A stretch of DNA of 64,000 nucleotides from Eledone cirrhosa (lineage: Eukaryota). A program made the translations under genes and the position numbers. The notes beneath the pieces were generated by a model, which ran no database searches, had not been told where the DNA came from, and was given only the letters and a program-made list of their open reading frames with translations. Position 1 is the first letter of the stretch; each line of letters opens with the position of its first letter. Location: assembly GCA_964016885.1 (NCBI GenBank), contig OZ024742.1:203236001-203300000 (forward strand), given 5' to 3'. Positions 1-14,910 of this stretch are shown piece by piece.

Positions 1-1840
1 AAAAACTGCCTGCCCTTCCCGGCTAAAGGAAGAGGGCGGCGCAATCCTCACGATGGACTCAGCTGTTAGCCGGATTCGTCCTACACGCGACAGCAGGTGT
101 TCGACATAAACCCACAAGTCAGCAATTCTCGGACACTGGACGAGTGCGTGCAGGACGGTTTCGTCGCCCTGCGCGCATCTCGGACATACCCGGCTGATGG
201 CACCTCCATGCCTGCAGATTTATCCCGAACTGGAAAAGCTCCTCGGTAGCACTGCCAGGCCAGGGATTTCTGGAAGTTGTCCATAGGCCCCGGCCCGAAA
301 GTCCTTCCGAAGAGATTGGCTAGTTGATTTTCGTCGACGCCTAGAGTTTCTCCAAGTACTTCGTCGCTTTTCCCCTCCACTAATCCTCTATAGAACGCCA
401 AGATGGAGTTTCCACCGAGCACATTGCCCGATTGGTCGAGGGCTGTGAGCGCCTGAAGATATTCCAGTCTCCAAGCGCTCCCTCTCGGTCTTCGCTTGAC
501 CCAGGACTGCAGCTCCGTCAAGGAGACGAGCTGGGGAAAGACGTGTCCAGCAAACGGCGACCACACCTGATCACCGTCGAGAAAGAGGTGGAGATGTCGT
601 AGCCTGAGTGCGTGTCTGCGCATCATCAGCCATGGCATGCCCAGCCCTCCACGTAGCGGGTGTTGACAGGAGATGGACCGCCTGACCATCGGAGCGCGTC
701 CCTTCCACAAAAAGCGAAAGAGCAAACGCTCCGGCGCAGTCAAGCGGGGCTTAGGACAAGGTACGACGGTCAGGCGGTAGTAGATGACGGACGCGATGTA
801 CGCGTTAGCCACCTCCGCTCGACCTTTCAGGGATAGCTTCCTCTCCTCCCATTTCTGGGTGAGAGAAGCCACCCTGCTCGTCACCTCGTCCCAGTTTTTG
901 TCCGTCTGGAGGTCCGGAGCGAACCAGACCTCTAGCAATTTAACAGGTCCGTCCGTCCACCGCCCGACGACGCTGTTGGACGACATGGGCGTGCCTCTCC
1001 AAGTGCCGAGCTGCAGGCTCACTGACATTTCCTGGTTGATCATTGCTCCTGTCACCGCTTCGTATTCTCTTAGTGTAGTGCCGATCGCCTCGATGTGTTT
1101 GGCGTTCGACACCACTACGGTGACATCGTCCGCATATGCTGACACGGATCTTCCGCATTCTAGTTCGCACGGGAACCCCCTCAACGTCTCCAGTTTGTGC
1201 AGTAATGGCTCGAGAGTCAATACGTACAAGAGGGACGAGAGGGGACATCCTTGGCGGACCGAGCGCATGATGTTGAACGGTTCCGAAAAGTGACCGTTCA
1301 CTCTCATCACAGAGCAGATGCCGCTGTGCATGGCAGCGATCCAGCCTCTGAAGACGGGCCCAAAGCCAGCCGCCCTCAGGACTGCCGCTAGGTAACGATG
1401 GTCGACCCTACCGAAAGCTTTCGACTGATCTAAATTGATCAAGGACCCACCCGTGCCAGGTTCCCTAGCTACCCTCTCTACGATGTATCGCATGAGGTGG
1501 AGGTTGTCGTGGATGGATCTGTCGGGAATGGCGCACGTCTAAGGCTCTCCCACCAGACCCCCAACGACAAGCGCCAACCTCTTTGCTAGCACCTTGGCCA
1601 AAATCTTGAACTCTGTGTTTAGCAGAGTTATGGCCCTGAAATTATCTATGTTATCCCCCTTGTTCGGATCCTTTCTCAGCAGCGCCACAGCTCCTCGGCT
1701 CACAGAGCTGGGAATTCTCCCGTTCTGTTGCCAGTTGCAGTAGACGTCCGCCAAGAGGCCTCCGAACAAGTCTGGCATCTGTGCGTAAAATTCATAGGGC
1801 AGACCATCCAAACCAGGCGTTTTACCCCTTGTGCAGCCAG
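1..1840 (-). mobile_element. Tx1/L1-clade non-LTR retrotransposon, RT region (copy B, degenerate, runs off window)
   Basis: ORFs 1539-1937 (PGLDG, AITLLNTEFKILAK) and 81-1493 (LDQSKAF, VRQGCPLS, YADD); paralogous to the adjacent copy at 1855-5071. Confidence 0.9.
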
Positions 1841-1854
1841 TTATATATATATAT

Positions 1855-4800
1855 AAACAATAAAAATGAAAATTGAAACAATGAAAAATTCCCCTATAGG
1901 GAGGAAACCTACGAGGGTTACACGTGGCGAAAATCACTCAAAAGACCACGGCCACCCTGACCACCAGGGCAAGCGCCCTCTCTCAAATTTTTGATTTCTC
2001 AAAATACAGACGTATATTCAGAGCGGTCCCGTTCACTCGGAGCATTCTCGCTACATTCACCCACCTTTCAACAAACTTGCTAGAAGGCAGCACTTGCCTC
2101 TCCACCCTGATTTTCCTCTTCAAGTGAAACTTGAAAAAGTTAATTAGGGATTCGCCGAAGAGGAAAGTGTCTGTCTAACCCTTTCAACCTTGTCCACCAC
2201 ACAATCTCTTTCGCCATGGCCACCAGGCAGATGAAAACCGCCTGCTCTTCCTCCTCGAAGGAAGACGGCGAGACCATCTGCACAATGCACTCAGTCGACA
2301 ACCGGATCAGTCCTACACGCGACAGCAACTGTTCGACATAGCTCCACATGTCAGCAATGCTCGGGCACCGAACGAGTGCGTGCACGACGGTTTCGTCGCT
2401 CTGCGCGCATCTCGGACTGGCTCGGCTGACGGCACTTCGGTGCTTGTAGAGCTTATCTCGAACCGGCAGCGCTCCACGGTAGCACTGCCAGGCCAGGGAT
2501 TTTGGGAAGTTATCCATAGGCCCTGGGCTGAAAGTTCTCCGGAAGAGATCAAATAGCTGATCTTCTTCGACGACCAGGATCTCTCCGAGAACGTCGTCAC
2601 TCTTCCCCTCCACTAGTCCTCTATAGAACGCCGAGATGGATGTTCCACCGATACTGGTGCCCAGCTGGCAAAGGGGCAGTGAGCGCCTGGAGACATTCCA
2701 GTTTCCAAGCGCTATCCCTCGGTCTTTTTCTGACCCAGGACTGCAGCTCCGTCAAGGAGACGAGCTGTGGGAAAACGTGCCTGGCGAACGGCAACCACAC
2801 CTGTTCAACGTCAAGGAAGCACCAGAGATGTCGCAGCCTCAGCGCATGTTTGCGCATCATCAGTCATGGCATGTCCAGTCCTCCACGCAACGGGTGTTGA
2901 CAGCAGATGGATCGTTTGACCATGGGAGCGCGTTCCTTCCACAAAAATTAGAAGAGGAGGCGCTCCATTTTTGTGAGAGTTGGGCCGGAGCAAGGGACGA
3001 CGGTGACGCGGTAGCAGATGACGGATGCGATCTACGCATTCGCCACCTCCGCCCGGCCTTTCAGGGACAGCTTCCTCTCGGCCCAATTCTTGGCGAGGGA
3101 AGCCACCTTGCTCGCCACCTCGTTCCAGTTTTTTTCTCCATCTGGAGGTCCGGTACGAACAAGACCCCGAGCAATTTAACCGGTCCGTCCGTCCAACGCC
3201 CCACGACGCTGTCGGACGGCATGGACTTGTCTCTCCAGGTGCCGAGCTGCAAGCCCACCGACTTTTCCTGGTTTATCTTTGCTCCAGTCACCGTTTCGTA
3301 TTCCTTGAGAGCGGTGCCGAGCATTTGGACGTGTCTGGTGCTCGACACCACCACGGTGATGTCGTCGGCGTATGCCGACTCGGATTTCCCGCATCCTAGT
3401 TCGAGTGGGACGCCCCTCATCGCCTCCAGTTTGTGCAGTAACGGCTCGAGAGCCAATACGTACAAGAGGGACGAGAGGGGACAACCCTGGCGGACTGAGC
3501 GCATGATGCTGAACGGCTGCGACAGGTGACCGTTCACCCTCACAACTGAGCAGATGTCGCTGTACATTGTTGCGATCCAACCCCTGAAAACGGGCCCGAA
3601 ACCGGCTGCCTCGAGGACCGCCGCCAGGTACCGATGGTCGACCCTATCGAATGCTTTGGATTGATCCAAGTTGATCAGTACTCCACCCGTTCCAGGTTCC
3701 TTAACCACCCTCTCTATGATGTATCGCATGAGGTGGAGGTTGTCGTGCATGGATCTGTCCGGAATGGTGCATGTCTGCGCCTCTCCCACCAGACCCCTGA
3801 CGACAAGCCCCAACCTCGTTGCTAACACCTTGGCCAAAATCTTGAACTCTGCGTTTAGCAGGGTTATGGGCCTGAAATTATCGATAACATCCCCTTGTTC
3901 GGGTCTTTTCTCAGCACCGCCACCGCTCCCCGGCTCACAAAACTGGGAATGCTCCCGTTCTGCTGCCAGTTGCAGTAGACGTTTGCCAAGAGGTCACCGC
4001 AAAGGTCTGGCATAAATGCATAAAGCTCGTAGGGCAGACCATCCGAACCTGACGATTTACCCCTCGTGCAGTTAGCCATCGCTTCCCGTATTTCACCGGC
4101 TGTTATTGGCTTTTCGCAACACTGTGCTGCGGTCGTCGAGAGCCGAGGCAGTCCGTCGAGGTATGCACTGAAGTCCATGCCCCGATCCGGGCCGCCGCTG
4201 CTCCCGAACAGTTCAGCAAAGTGCTGCTGAAAAGCCTCACACATCCGCTCGGGTACGAGCATCACGCACCCGTTTTGGTCAGACAAAGACCGAATTGTGG
4301 CTTTGTTGCCACGTCGCGCCTCTGCCACCCGGGCCCATTGGACGGCTTTTGACCCCTCATGTTTCAGAGCATGCGCTCTAGCTCTGACAACGCAGCCTTC
4401 TTGTTTTGCGTTGAAGAATTGGTCGAGTGCCAATCTCGCCGCAAGCACGTCGGTTGCGATGCCTGTCCTAAACGCCTCTACTAGTTTTCTAACTAGCTCT
4501 CCCTCTACTCTCTTTCCCTCTATCACTACTCCTTTGCTAAACCTAATCGACTCTACTTTAATTACCCTTTTCAGGGCGAACCACCACCTGTTGTTGACGA
4601 CCGCTCCCGTCAACGCCCGCTTAACTAATACGTTAATCCGGTCTCTGTAGGCTTTGCGCGCCGGGAAAGACGCGTTAAGCTTCCAGTAACCGGGTCCTTG
4701 TCATGAAGTCTGTCAATGTTGATCTCACGGATCACAAATTTGTGGTCTGTGTAGTCGACTATTTTAAATTGTGGACAAATTATACTAGCCTTGTCTACGA

Positions 4801-5071
4801 TCTGGATGACCCGATACGGTTTGTCCATGTCCACATTGGCACATTCGGGTGATCCAGTCGATACCTGTCAGACAGTTCAAAACGTCTGAGCAGGTTGGTG
4901 AGGCTCTTGCACCCTCCTCCTCTATCCACTAGCCCCACACAATCCCAGCGTGCATCCAAGATACCGTTCCAGTCACCCACTAACACTAATAAAGAGCAGG
5001 AATTCCCATAAAGGTCTCTCGACGTCTGAAGAAATCTGGCCGTCCTGTCCCTGTCGGGGCATAGACGGCTA
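1855..5071 (-). mobile_element. Tx1/L1-clade LINE (copy A): APE-endonuclease remnant + RT + C-terminal region, frameshifted
   Basis: VLVGDWNGILD and TDHK endonuclease motifs (4625-5088); DQSKAFDRVDH, QGCPLS, YADD (3061-3837); degenerate zinc-knuckle region (PRC...ETVVHAL..C, 2140-2613); 3' tail abuts (TA)n at ~1845. Confidence 0.9.
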
Positions 5072-5074
5072 CTA

Positions 5075-6622
5075 GCGTTTTTGTACACTATTTACAATTG
5101 CGTTTTTCACAGATTTAGGGTGATTGGAGTAATAACTAACGTAATTTAAGTTTTCACTGGGCTTATGGAAAGGGTAATAAAAACCAGAGTTTAAGTTAAG
5201 GGTAACATAAAACGCAATTGTAAATAGTGTACAAAAACGCATAACTAGAATATCTGCCAATAAATCAATATTTGATGAAAAAGCAGGATATTACAATTAT
5301 GCGCTAAGAAAGGCAGGTTTTAAAAATAATATAGAATATATAGACAATAATAATCCGAGTCTTAATCCTGATAAAAATAATGGCATATATAAACGAAATT
5401 CTAAAAATTCTAATAACTATAATTCCAACACCTGTACTGTGAGTAAATCAGGGAAAAGAACCAGAACTAAATCAGTTATATGGTTTGCCCCCCCCCCCCC
5501 TGTTTCTGTAGCAGTAAGAACACCAATAGCTAATCTATTTTTTAAAGCTTTAGATAGTTCCTTACCTAGTCAACAAAAATACCACTCCATATTTAATAGA
5601 CACACAATTAAACTTTCTTATTCTACAACTATGAATATGGCCCAAAACATCGCTAAACTAAATAGTATAATTCTAAACCAAAATCAACATAATGCTATTA
5701 ATAATAGTATTAATATAAATAATAATAAATCGAAATGTAATTGTAAAATAAACCGGATTGCCCTCTGCAAAATAATTGTCTGGATAAAAATCTGGTGTAT
5801 AAATGCACCGTAAAAACAAATAACAACACATACAACTACATAGGGGCAACTTCTTCGACATTTAAATCGAGATTTGCGAATCACAAATGCTCATTTTTGA
5901 ATTTTAATAGGAAGTCTTCGACTTCTTTATCACAACTTATATGGTCATTAAAAGACAAAAATTTAAAATTTTAGACGAAGCTTTGTAATAGTAAAATATA
6001 TACGAACTAACTGCAACCTCTGCACAAAGGAGACCCTATTAATAATTAATAATTATGAAAACTTAATTAACAAAAAAGTGAATTATTCTCAAACTGCCTT
6101 CATAAAGCTTTGTCTAGATTCCAAGCCTCGCAAAAAGTCAGGAAAAAACACTAAACAATCAGGCCTCAATTTTTGACGTTTCTTATCAACTGATGGGCCT
6201 AAAAAGTCATAACGGTTTATAAAACGTTAATAATGCTTTATCTTCTAATCATTTGTGATAGAATTAACGTTAGAATGAAGGATCCTCTTTTGATAACTTG
6301 TTTACTTGATAAATATGCACACCTTTACTGATCAGTTTTATAAATAAATATTATCCGGGAGCTTCCAACAGTAATGGTTGCATTCTTTAAGGGTATGTCA
6401 ATATTTATTTATAAAACTGATCTATATTATATTTTATCTGATGAAAGCACACCATAATTTAAGTTGGTGTCCTTGAAATATGTATAATGAAATAAATATG
6501 GTTTTATAAATATAGTTTCCATTTGTTAATATCGTATTTTTACTCCAAATATTTGTTGAGTGCTTTATATCAGTTATAAAAATATTTGTTTGTTGTATCC
6601 CAACAATTTAAATAGAACTTTT
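5075..6622 (+). mobile_element. Penelope-like element 3' part (RT thumb, degenerate GIY-YIG, 3' pLTR) with 5' inversion
   Basis: FHKP...SNHP on the minus strand (5075-5210), continued on the plus strand from 5211 (NAIVNSVQKR...IFNRHTIKLSYS...KCNC); HHR in the tail. Confidence 0.85.
6430..6494 (+). ncRNA. Minimal type-I hammerhead ribozyme (CUGAUGA core)
   Basis: tattttat-CTGATGA-stem II (aagcacacca/tggtgtcctt)-GAAA-tatgta-TA-atgaaata; stem I arms pair. Confidence 0.8.
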
Positions 6623-6684
<62 letters not shown>

Positions 6685-6803
6685 TTGGTGTGTGTGTGTA
6701 TGTGTGTGTGTGTGTGTATACTTGCATATATAATGTATATTTTCAGAAAGGATCATATTTGTATGAATTTAAGTATAGTGGAAGGAATACACACGCACAC
6801 ACA

Positions 6804-6872
<69 letters not shown>

Positions 6873-7390
6873 CTGACTTTGATTAAAACAGTTTGGCAGG
6901 GCATGAAATCTACAAGGTTTGGCACCATAATTCTCTTACATCACTCATTCATCCATATATTTCAGTATTTATATATACATATATGTTATTTTGTGTTATT
7001 TTCTTAACTTAAAACTTTCATTTTGATCGGCTTCATTATAGAAAATTCATTTTAATTGACTGAAAAAAAAAAAATGTAAAGCAATACGCTATAACAAACA
7101 AACAAAGAAAAATATAACACAACACACAAACAACAAACGAATCATACGTAATAAGCCGAAATGTCTCGGAATATAAATTTTGATGTTGATTCGAGATGTG
7201 AACTTATCAAGATCGAAAATAGATATTGATGACTCAATTCTTTGATTTCATTTTAATATGTTACTATATAATTTTGTATTCTGGGTTGAAAGATGAAATG
7301 CCATCTAATTATACAAACACACTCACACATATATATATATAGTACAGATACACAAATACGCATATTCAGAGATCACATTATGTGTGTGTG

Positions 7391-7460
<70 letters not shown>

Positions 7461-7544
7461 CATACACACGCTCTCGCACACACACACACTCACACACACA
7501 TATATGCATTAATATATGTACATATATGTATATATGTATGTATG

Positions 7545-7610
<66 letters not shown>

Positions 7611-8009
7611 CGTACATATATACATATATGCACATATATTAATGCATATATATATATGTGTGTGTGTGTGTGTGCGAGAGCGTGTGTATGTATATAAATA
7701 TATATTCACATACACTGTTTGGAAGCTCATCAATGAACTCTACCAAATGTTCAGTCGTCACACTATGTCATGCTTAATCTCCCCGAGAACTGCAACAGGT
7801 ACACGTGTCTGTGTAACGTTCAGCCACTTACACCTTACTTCAGATGTAAATCTTTCAGTTAATCAAACAACTGCAAGACACATCGTTCAAGCTTAGGAAG
7901 GTCCATTCTCATCCTCACGGAAGAACCATTTTCTGTGGAAGGTCTCACTTCGCCGTTTTTTCTTTTCTTTGACAAGAAGCGGGATTTGAATTTAGGACGG
8001 ACAGAGACG

Positions 8010-8110
8010 GAAGAAATTGGTATGGAAAGCTAACCCTTGGTAAACTCCCTAGACACAAACCCAAGAAACGTTTCAGGGATGTTGTTAAAGGCAACCTGAA
8101 GACTAGGTAT
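8010..8110 (+). mobile_element. RTE LINE C-terminal fragment
   Basis: Translates WYGKLTLGKLPRHKPKKRFRDVVKGNLK, the typical RTE post-RT motif. Confidence 0.55.
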
Positions 8111-8629
8111 TTGTATCAATTATTGGGAAGATGAGGCAAAGGTTAGATCTGGTCGGAGAAGGCTGGTTTATGATGGTTATAATTGCTTTGTGGTCAATGG
8201 GATTGAACATTCAGTGTTTAAAATATAGGGAACTTAGGAAAGGGGATGTAGACTCTGTCCTGGAGAATATCCGGTCGGAGCATGTCTGTAACATCGGCGG
8301 AAATAGTGTTCTTTCCCGTATTGGGTTTGCTAGTCAATTAAGAGCCTACAGTAGTTGGCAACCTGGAGACAATTATATTGGTGTCCTCCTTGAATACATG
8401 CGAAGTATTCGTGTCAGTTTTGCGACAAAGTTTGTTGACCAGCTAGTGGAGTAAGCGGCACATGAGAGCATAAAGAGTAAGTTACATTTAAAATTATCCT
8501 TAAGATCATCTGTTGGAGCGAGGTAGGTTTGCAGAGTCATTCCCCGTTCAGCACATCGTTGGAGAGATGAGCTTCTTCTGCAAAGAAGTGGCAGTTATCA
8601 CACACACACGCACACACACACATGCACAC

Positions 8630-8715
<86 letters not shown>

Positions 8716-8798
8716 ACACATATACACACACATATATATATTAGAGAGAGTTTCCCCCTGAACAATCGTCTTACAAATTTAAAGCTGATAAAAATTCT

Positions 8799-8930
<132 letters not shown>

Positions 8931-8989
8931 TGTGTATGTGTGTGTGCGTATGTATATACATGTGTATGTAAATAAATAAATAAATAAAT

Positions 8990-9975
8990 ATGGCTCTCTC
9001 AGACATGCCTCTGTATTACATACAACATCCATCACCAGCTATGCTGATGACACAAATGTAGCATAGGCAATAACAAATCTGCCCTTTTACAACACGATCT
9101 GGATGCCATATACAAATGGGCTGAGGACAACAAAATGCAATTTAATGCTGGAAAATTGCAACCTCTACAATACCAGCCTGCTAAAACAAAGACAGTACAA
9201 CACAGCTACACCGGACTAGGAAGGATCGAAATCCCCGTGTCGAAATCGATACGAGACCTGGAGATAGACGAGGCATCTTTTTCTTCACACATCATGAGGG
9301 TGGCGACAATGTGCAGACGACCCGGTGGCTGGATCTTGAGCACTTTCCGGACAAGAGACCGAGAGACCATGTTCATTCTATTGAGGTCATCTGTCCTAAG
9401 CCGATTGAACTACTGCTTTCAACTGTGGTCACCCCATAGTATCAAACTTACCACGGAGCTTGAGGCAATCCAACAAAGCTACACTAAGAGGATTGCCACG
9501 ATGAGGGTGAGCTACTGGGAGAGGCTAAAAGAACTGAAATCTACTTCTTGGACATACGCAGTGATACATATGGAAAAACCTGGAGGGACTAGCACCAGAC
9601 CTTGGCATTGAGAGCTGGACCAGCCACTGGATAGGACGTCACTGTGTGGTGCCTAAGGTCCCGTCTTCCACATCTAGAATAAGGAGCAGATATTGCAATA
9701 GCCCTCAACTCTGCCAAGAAATTTGAGAGATCTGAATGGTATGGATGTGGATGTTTTCAAGAAGCATCTCGAGACCCTGCTATCCAGGATCCCGGATGAG
9801 CACGGTACGAAGGTATTCTAAGGGCAGCAGCAATGAACTAATGAACTATCTCTTATACCAATAGCCAGCAAGCACAGGCTTGAGATAGAACGTGTAGCAA
9901 CTGGCGCGGAGCTCCAGCATGGCCTCAGCCCGATGGCTGGAACAGGTAAAAGAGTACAAGAGTAAAAGAGTATAT
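8990..9975 (+). mobile_element. CR1-like LINE 3' part (RT YADD to 3' tail)
   Basis: SYADD at ~9037, ORF 9135-9611 (LNYCFQLWSP...YWERLKEL), (GTAAAAGA)n-like tail at ~9945-9972. Confidence 0.8.
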
Positions 9976-10189
9976 ATATATGATTGTTTGAGAGACGAAT
10001 ATAATCGCATGATGGTATTTTCTCTGGCCCTTTACCTTCTGATTTCAAACCCCGCCAAGGTAAACTTTGCCTCTCATCCTACCGGAGAGGATAAAATAAA
10101 ATACCAGTCACATATTGGTGTCGATATAATCGTCTTTCCTCACCCAAAGTCTTGCGGCTAAATAAGAAACCATTAGTTTCACTATTTAC

Positions 10190-10216
10190 ACAATTACTAT
10201 AACAATAACAACAATA

Positions 10217-10288
<72 letters not shown>

Positions 10289-10308
10289 ACTGCTACTACT
10301 ACTACTAT

Positions 10309-10390
<82 letters not shown>

Positions 10391-10392
10391 GT
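10190..10392. repeat. (CTA)n/(CTG)n trinucleotide microsatellite
   Basis: Visible directly. Confidence 0.95.
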
Positions 10393-10815
10393 TATCATTT
10401 AACATGAGGGGATGGAGCAGTGACCACAGGCTTTGAAAATTCTTTCAAATACTAATGAGGTCGATACGATTGATCTACTTCGAAATTGTGTATATTGATG
10501 ATTATATAACCGTATGTAAAAATCCACGTATGTATGTATGTACGTATGTATGTGTGTGGGTATGTATGTACGTATGTGTATGTGTGGCTATGTATGTATG
10601 AGTGTGTGTATGTATGCGTGCAGGTATGTATGTGTGTGTGTGTGTGTGCATGTGTGTGTGTATATGTGTGTAGGTATGTGTGTATGTATGTATACATGTC
10701 GCCCGGGAGGAAAAGGGAGGTCACTGTAAGGCAATGAACTTTACAATAACCGTTATAATATATACATATATACATGTATGCATATATACATATATACATG
10801 CATTCATAATATATA

Positions 10816-10874
<59 letters not shown>

Positions 10875-11074
10875 TCATAGATTCATCTATACACACACAC
10901 ATATATATATATATATATACATATCCCGCCAAAGAGACGTGGGTAATTAGACTTAAAAAGAACCTATTGACCAAACAGAATCAGACAATAATTAATTTGT
11001 TGAAGAATCGTTATTATAAATTCTCAACGGACATGAAAAAATGGTGTATGGCATTTTCTGCTACACTAGACACT

Positions 11075-11250
11075 GCAGTAGTGTAGTCGAATAGTTAAGA
11101 CATTTGAGTCACAACCATAGGGTTCGCAGTTCAGACCCACTGCATCGTCCGCCCCTTGGGAAAGTGTTTTCTACTCAATTCTTGCCGGTATTGACAATTA
11201 TTTTGTCAGGGCAAATTGGTTGCGGGAAAATGTAGAATTACATCGTATGT
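11075..11250 (+). mobile_element. Degenerate tRNA-derived SINE
   Basis: A/B-box-like head (gtgtagtcg...gttcagaccc) followed by ttgggaaagtgttttctac; related minus-strand fragments near 19800, 26060, 38520, 45540, 48640. Confidence 0.55.
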
Positions 11251-12186
11251 ATGCATATTAGAGGATCGGGCCCGACGGTTAAGCTGTTGCCGTTTCAACA
11301 GCAAATTACGAAATTTGGAATTTGGTGTCGAAACGGTGAGAGCTCAGCCGCTGGTCTCTGTCCGATTTTAATATATTTACACAATTTTAATATATTTACT
11401 ATCTCAAGTATCCAGTTCTCTGTGGAATATTCATCTTACTTTAAAACTGGTAAAACCCTTGTATATATATATTGGAAATAACAAGTGACAATGGAACTTT
11501 GGCAGCTACAAATGATAGCAGTTCAGTGTTGCAGTCCACACCGGCTTGAGGCATAGAACGAAATTTCCTGTTGACGACGTGAATCCTTGTTCGATCATGG
11601 AATACCACAGGCTGGCATGTTACGTAACCTGGATGGATGATTTCGAATTCATAGAAACTTATCGAACATATTGCAAAATATCGTTCGTTATGTCCAGGTC
11701 AGTTGTTTAACGTGATTGGTTTCTTCGTTGTTTTTGGTATTATGTGGCTAGGTCTGCCTGCCGCAATTTTCAATTCGTCAAGCTGTCTAAACGTATGTTA
11801 TTACTCTAACGCCAGACGTTATGGAGTGCTTTGCTGCTCATTCCTAATTGTAGGTCGTATATATATATTTGTGTGTGTGTATATGTTTGTTTGTGTGCGT
11901 ATGTGTGTAAATTAGAGTCCTGCTAATACAGTTGTTAAACTTCAATGCAATAAGTCTCTGACTTGACCATTCGAAAAAATCCTCAGGAATGTGCATTCCT
12001 GAGGATTTCATACGAGTGAAACAGTTCTAGTCCAACAAAAGCCATTTCTATATTAAATGTATACATATATATATATATATATATATGTATACATTTAATA
12101 TAGAAACCTACCCCCCACTCTCCTGAGCGTGAATTTAATAAACATTTGTCGTACTGCCTCTCTGTTCTGTCCCTGTTCAATTTTTC

Positions 12187-12222
<36 letters not shown>

Positions 12223-12225
<3 letters not shown>

Positions 12226-12436
12226 CGAAGGAGTTGTGGTAAGGAACCAGATGGACCATCATAACGCACCAGAGTACTCAATACTTAGGGTAGTAGAGTT
12301 GGTAATAGGAAAATGTATGACCCCGACGGCAGAACTCGAGCCGTTTCGACGGCTATTTTTTCGACGGCTATTTTTGAGTCCAGAAATAGCCGTCAAAATG
12401 GCTTGAACTCTGCCGTCCGGGTTATATATTTTCCTT
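12223..12436 (-). mobile_element. Short fold-back PLE-tail element (half-HHR palindrome family)
   Basis: gaccccgacggc...tttcgacggct / agccgtcaaaatggc...gccgtccgggtt palindrome plus the shared ggtaaggaaccag-tggaccata tail; (TA)n flanks. Confidence 0.75.
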
Positions 12437-13170
12437 TATATATATATATCTATATATATATATACTATAAAGTATGTCCATAGAATCATTTGATAATATA
12501 TATACACCATTTCCTCTCCCAATTAGCATAATCAACCACACAAAACACCAATTAAACCAGGCTATAAGATTAAAACGCACCTATGAAGAAATAGTAGATA
12601 AATAAACGACAGCCATCTATTCGCGATCAACCGCTATAGAATATTTACCCAACATTTCAATAGCACGTGGAAATCGATTAAATATACCGTCAAACATACA
12701 CAATTAGGTATAAAATTAAAGTTAGAAGAAAAAATGCATATACACATACCAGGATTATATATATATATATATATATATCGTTTGCTTTGTTATTTCTGTT
12801 TGCCTTTTACATGTATACATACATGTGTGTGAGTATGTGTGTGTGTGTTTGTGTGTGTGTATGTGTATGTGTGTGTGTGTGTCTGTGTCTGTGTGTATGG
12901 GTGTGCGTTTTGCGTGCGTGTTTTACACTGGAACGCGGACATGGTGTAAGATCTACAGCAGTACAGCTTAGATTGAACTCCATTCAGTTTCTTGCAGAGA
13001 AAGGAGAGAGTAATAAAAAAAAAAGCGAAACAACAGAGACTTGAACATAGTCGTACATTTATTTACAAGGCGACTGCTTGTTGAATAACGATGATAATTA
13101 TGTAGAACGAAGGAATAAATAAATAAATAATCAATAATTCGTTTTACTAAATAAATCTGCAACACACACA

Positions 13171-13222
<52 letters not shown>

Positions 13223-13477
13223 CACACACACACAGATATATACACACAATAGGAATGAGAGTTTTTAAATCGGGAGCATTAATTCATCTAATGATTTTTC
13301 CCTCCATACATTCTCTCCATCTAATCATTATATGGCTTAATAAATGTACCATTCAAACAGTTTCTGATATTATATTGTAGCGTATTTTCACCTTGCCATA
13401 CATACATGCATGCATACATATATATATATAGAGAGACACACACATGAGTGTGTGTGAGTGTATGTGTCTGTGGGTGC

Positions 13478-13527
<50 letters not shown>

Positions 13528-13634
13528 GCATGTAATTACACTCCACCTACAAAACTCACAAGCACAAACATATACATACATACACATATATATAAATATA
13601 TAAATATAAATATATATACGAGTATATATATATT

Positions 13635-14420
13635 TAAAAGTTAAACAAGGTTCAATGAATTCATCAAACAATGAGTTTTACAATAGATTGGAAGCACTCA
13701 ACAGAAAAGGTTTTCCAGAGTTGTTAATATTAATTCAAAATATTAACAAAATAGATATTCTTGTGATCAAGTATATTTTATTATACATATTTCAGAGGTA
13801 CTGAGTTAAGTTCAACAGTACGTCCTCATCAGATAAAATAAGATGATGCATGACATACTCTGACATAGTAGATGGTTAAGATTCAGTCATGGTAGTGATT
13901 AACATATGACAAAACTCAGTAGTTATACCCTAATATTGAGAACATGAGAAAAATATATAATACAAACAATAGAGTGGGTGTGTGTAATACAGCTTAAAAA
14001 TACATGGCATCAATATAACAGTTAAAACATTTTTTTTTAAACTACTGAAGAAAGAGGAAAGAAAGGAAAGCATAGACGAAGAAATAGCTGATGTGATAAT
14101 ATATTTAGTAGGTGCCTCGAAAAACAAATGAGAGATGATTAAAGAGAGAGAGAGTGACAAAGGTGAGTAATTTATGTTCAAGTTTATAGACAATTATCCA
14201 TATATGCAATATATATCCAAACTTACTTAGTTGACCGTTAATATTCAAAATATTTGATTTAAGTTATTTCATAGTAATGAGTAATATTTTAGGTTTTAAA
14301 AGTTAATAGGTATTTGTATTAATATTATATTATACTATCAAGTTTAATTTCTAAAATTCAAATTTTTTGAAAACAAATTTAAAGGATTTACGAAACACGA
14401 GAAAGAAAATATATAATGCC
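13635..14420 (-). mobile_element. PLE 3' UTR/pLTR remnant with hammerhead
   Basis: HHR at 13774-13840 and ttgagtgct motif (13693-13701, minus strand); the 14420 boundary is approximate. Confidence 0.6.
13774..13840 (-). ncRNA. Type-I hammerhead ribozyme (CUGAUGA)
   Basis: Reverse complement: tattttat-CTGATGA-ggacgtactg/cagtacctct-GAAA-tatgta-TA-ataaaata (perfect 8-bp stem I). Confidence 0.85.
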
Positions 14421-14728
14421 TTGTGCCTAACTTAGAAACAATTATTATTAATATTATTATTATTATTCTCTACATTCCTTACATCAAACTAAAATATGTT
14501 GACAATCTTTTAATAATGTCTTCCTTGTGAAATTTGTGGTCTTGTTTTGCTTAACTAATGAATATTTCCAGCCCTGTGCGCCAAACTACTGCATGAACCC
14601 AGCCACCTAGCTGCTTTCCACTGCATATTGCACATTGAGCACATGCCTTTACGCTTTGGATTCTAACTAATTCACCGATCTCTCCTCTCCTATCTCCATC
14701 TCTCTCTTTAAGATTGGTTACTCTTGAA

Positions 14729-14910
<182 letters not shown>

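Noticed and set aside
784-4650. Long plus-strand ORFs (e.g. 2636-3529)
   Set aside because: Antisense shadows of the GC-rich Tx1 ORF
9043-9050. CTGATGA resembling an HHR core
   Set aside because: Part of the YADD codons of the CR1 RT; no stem II or GAAA follows
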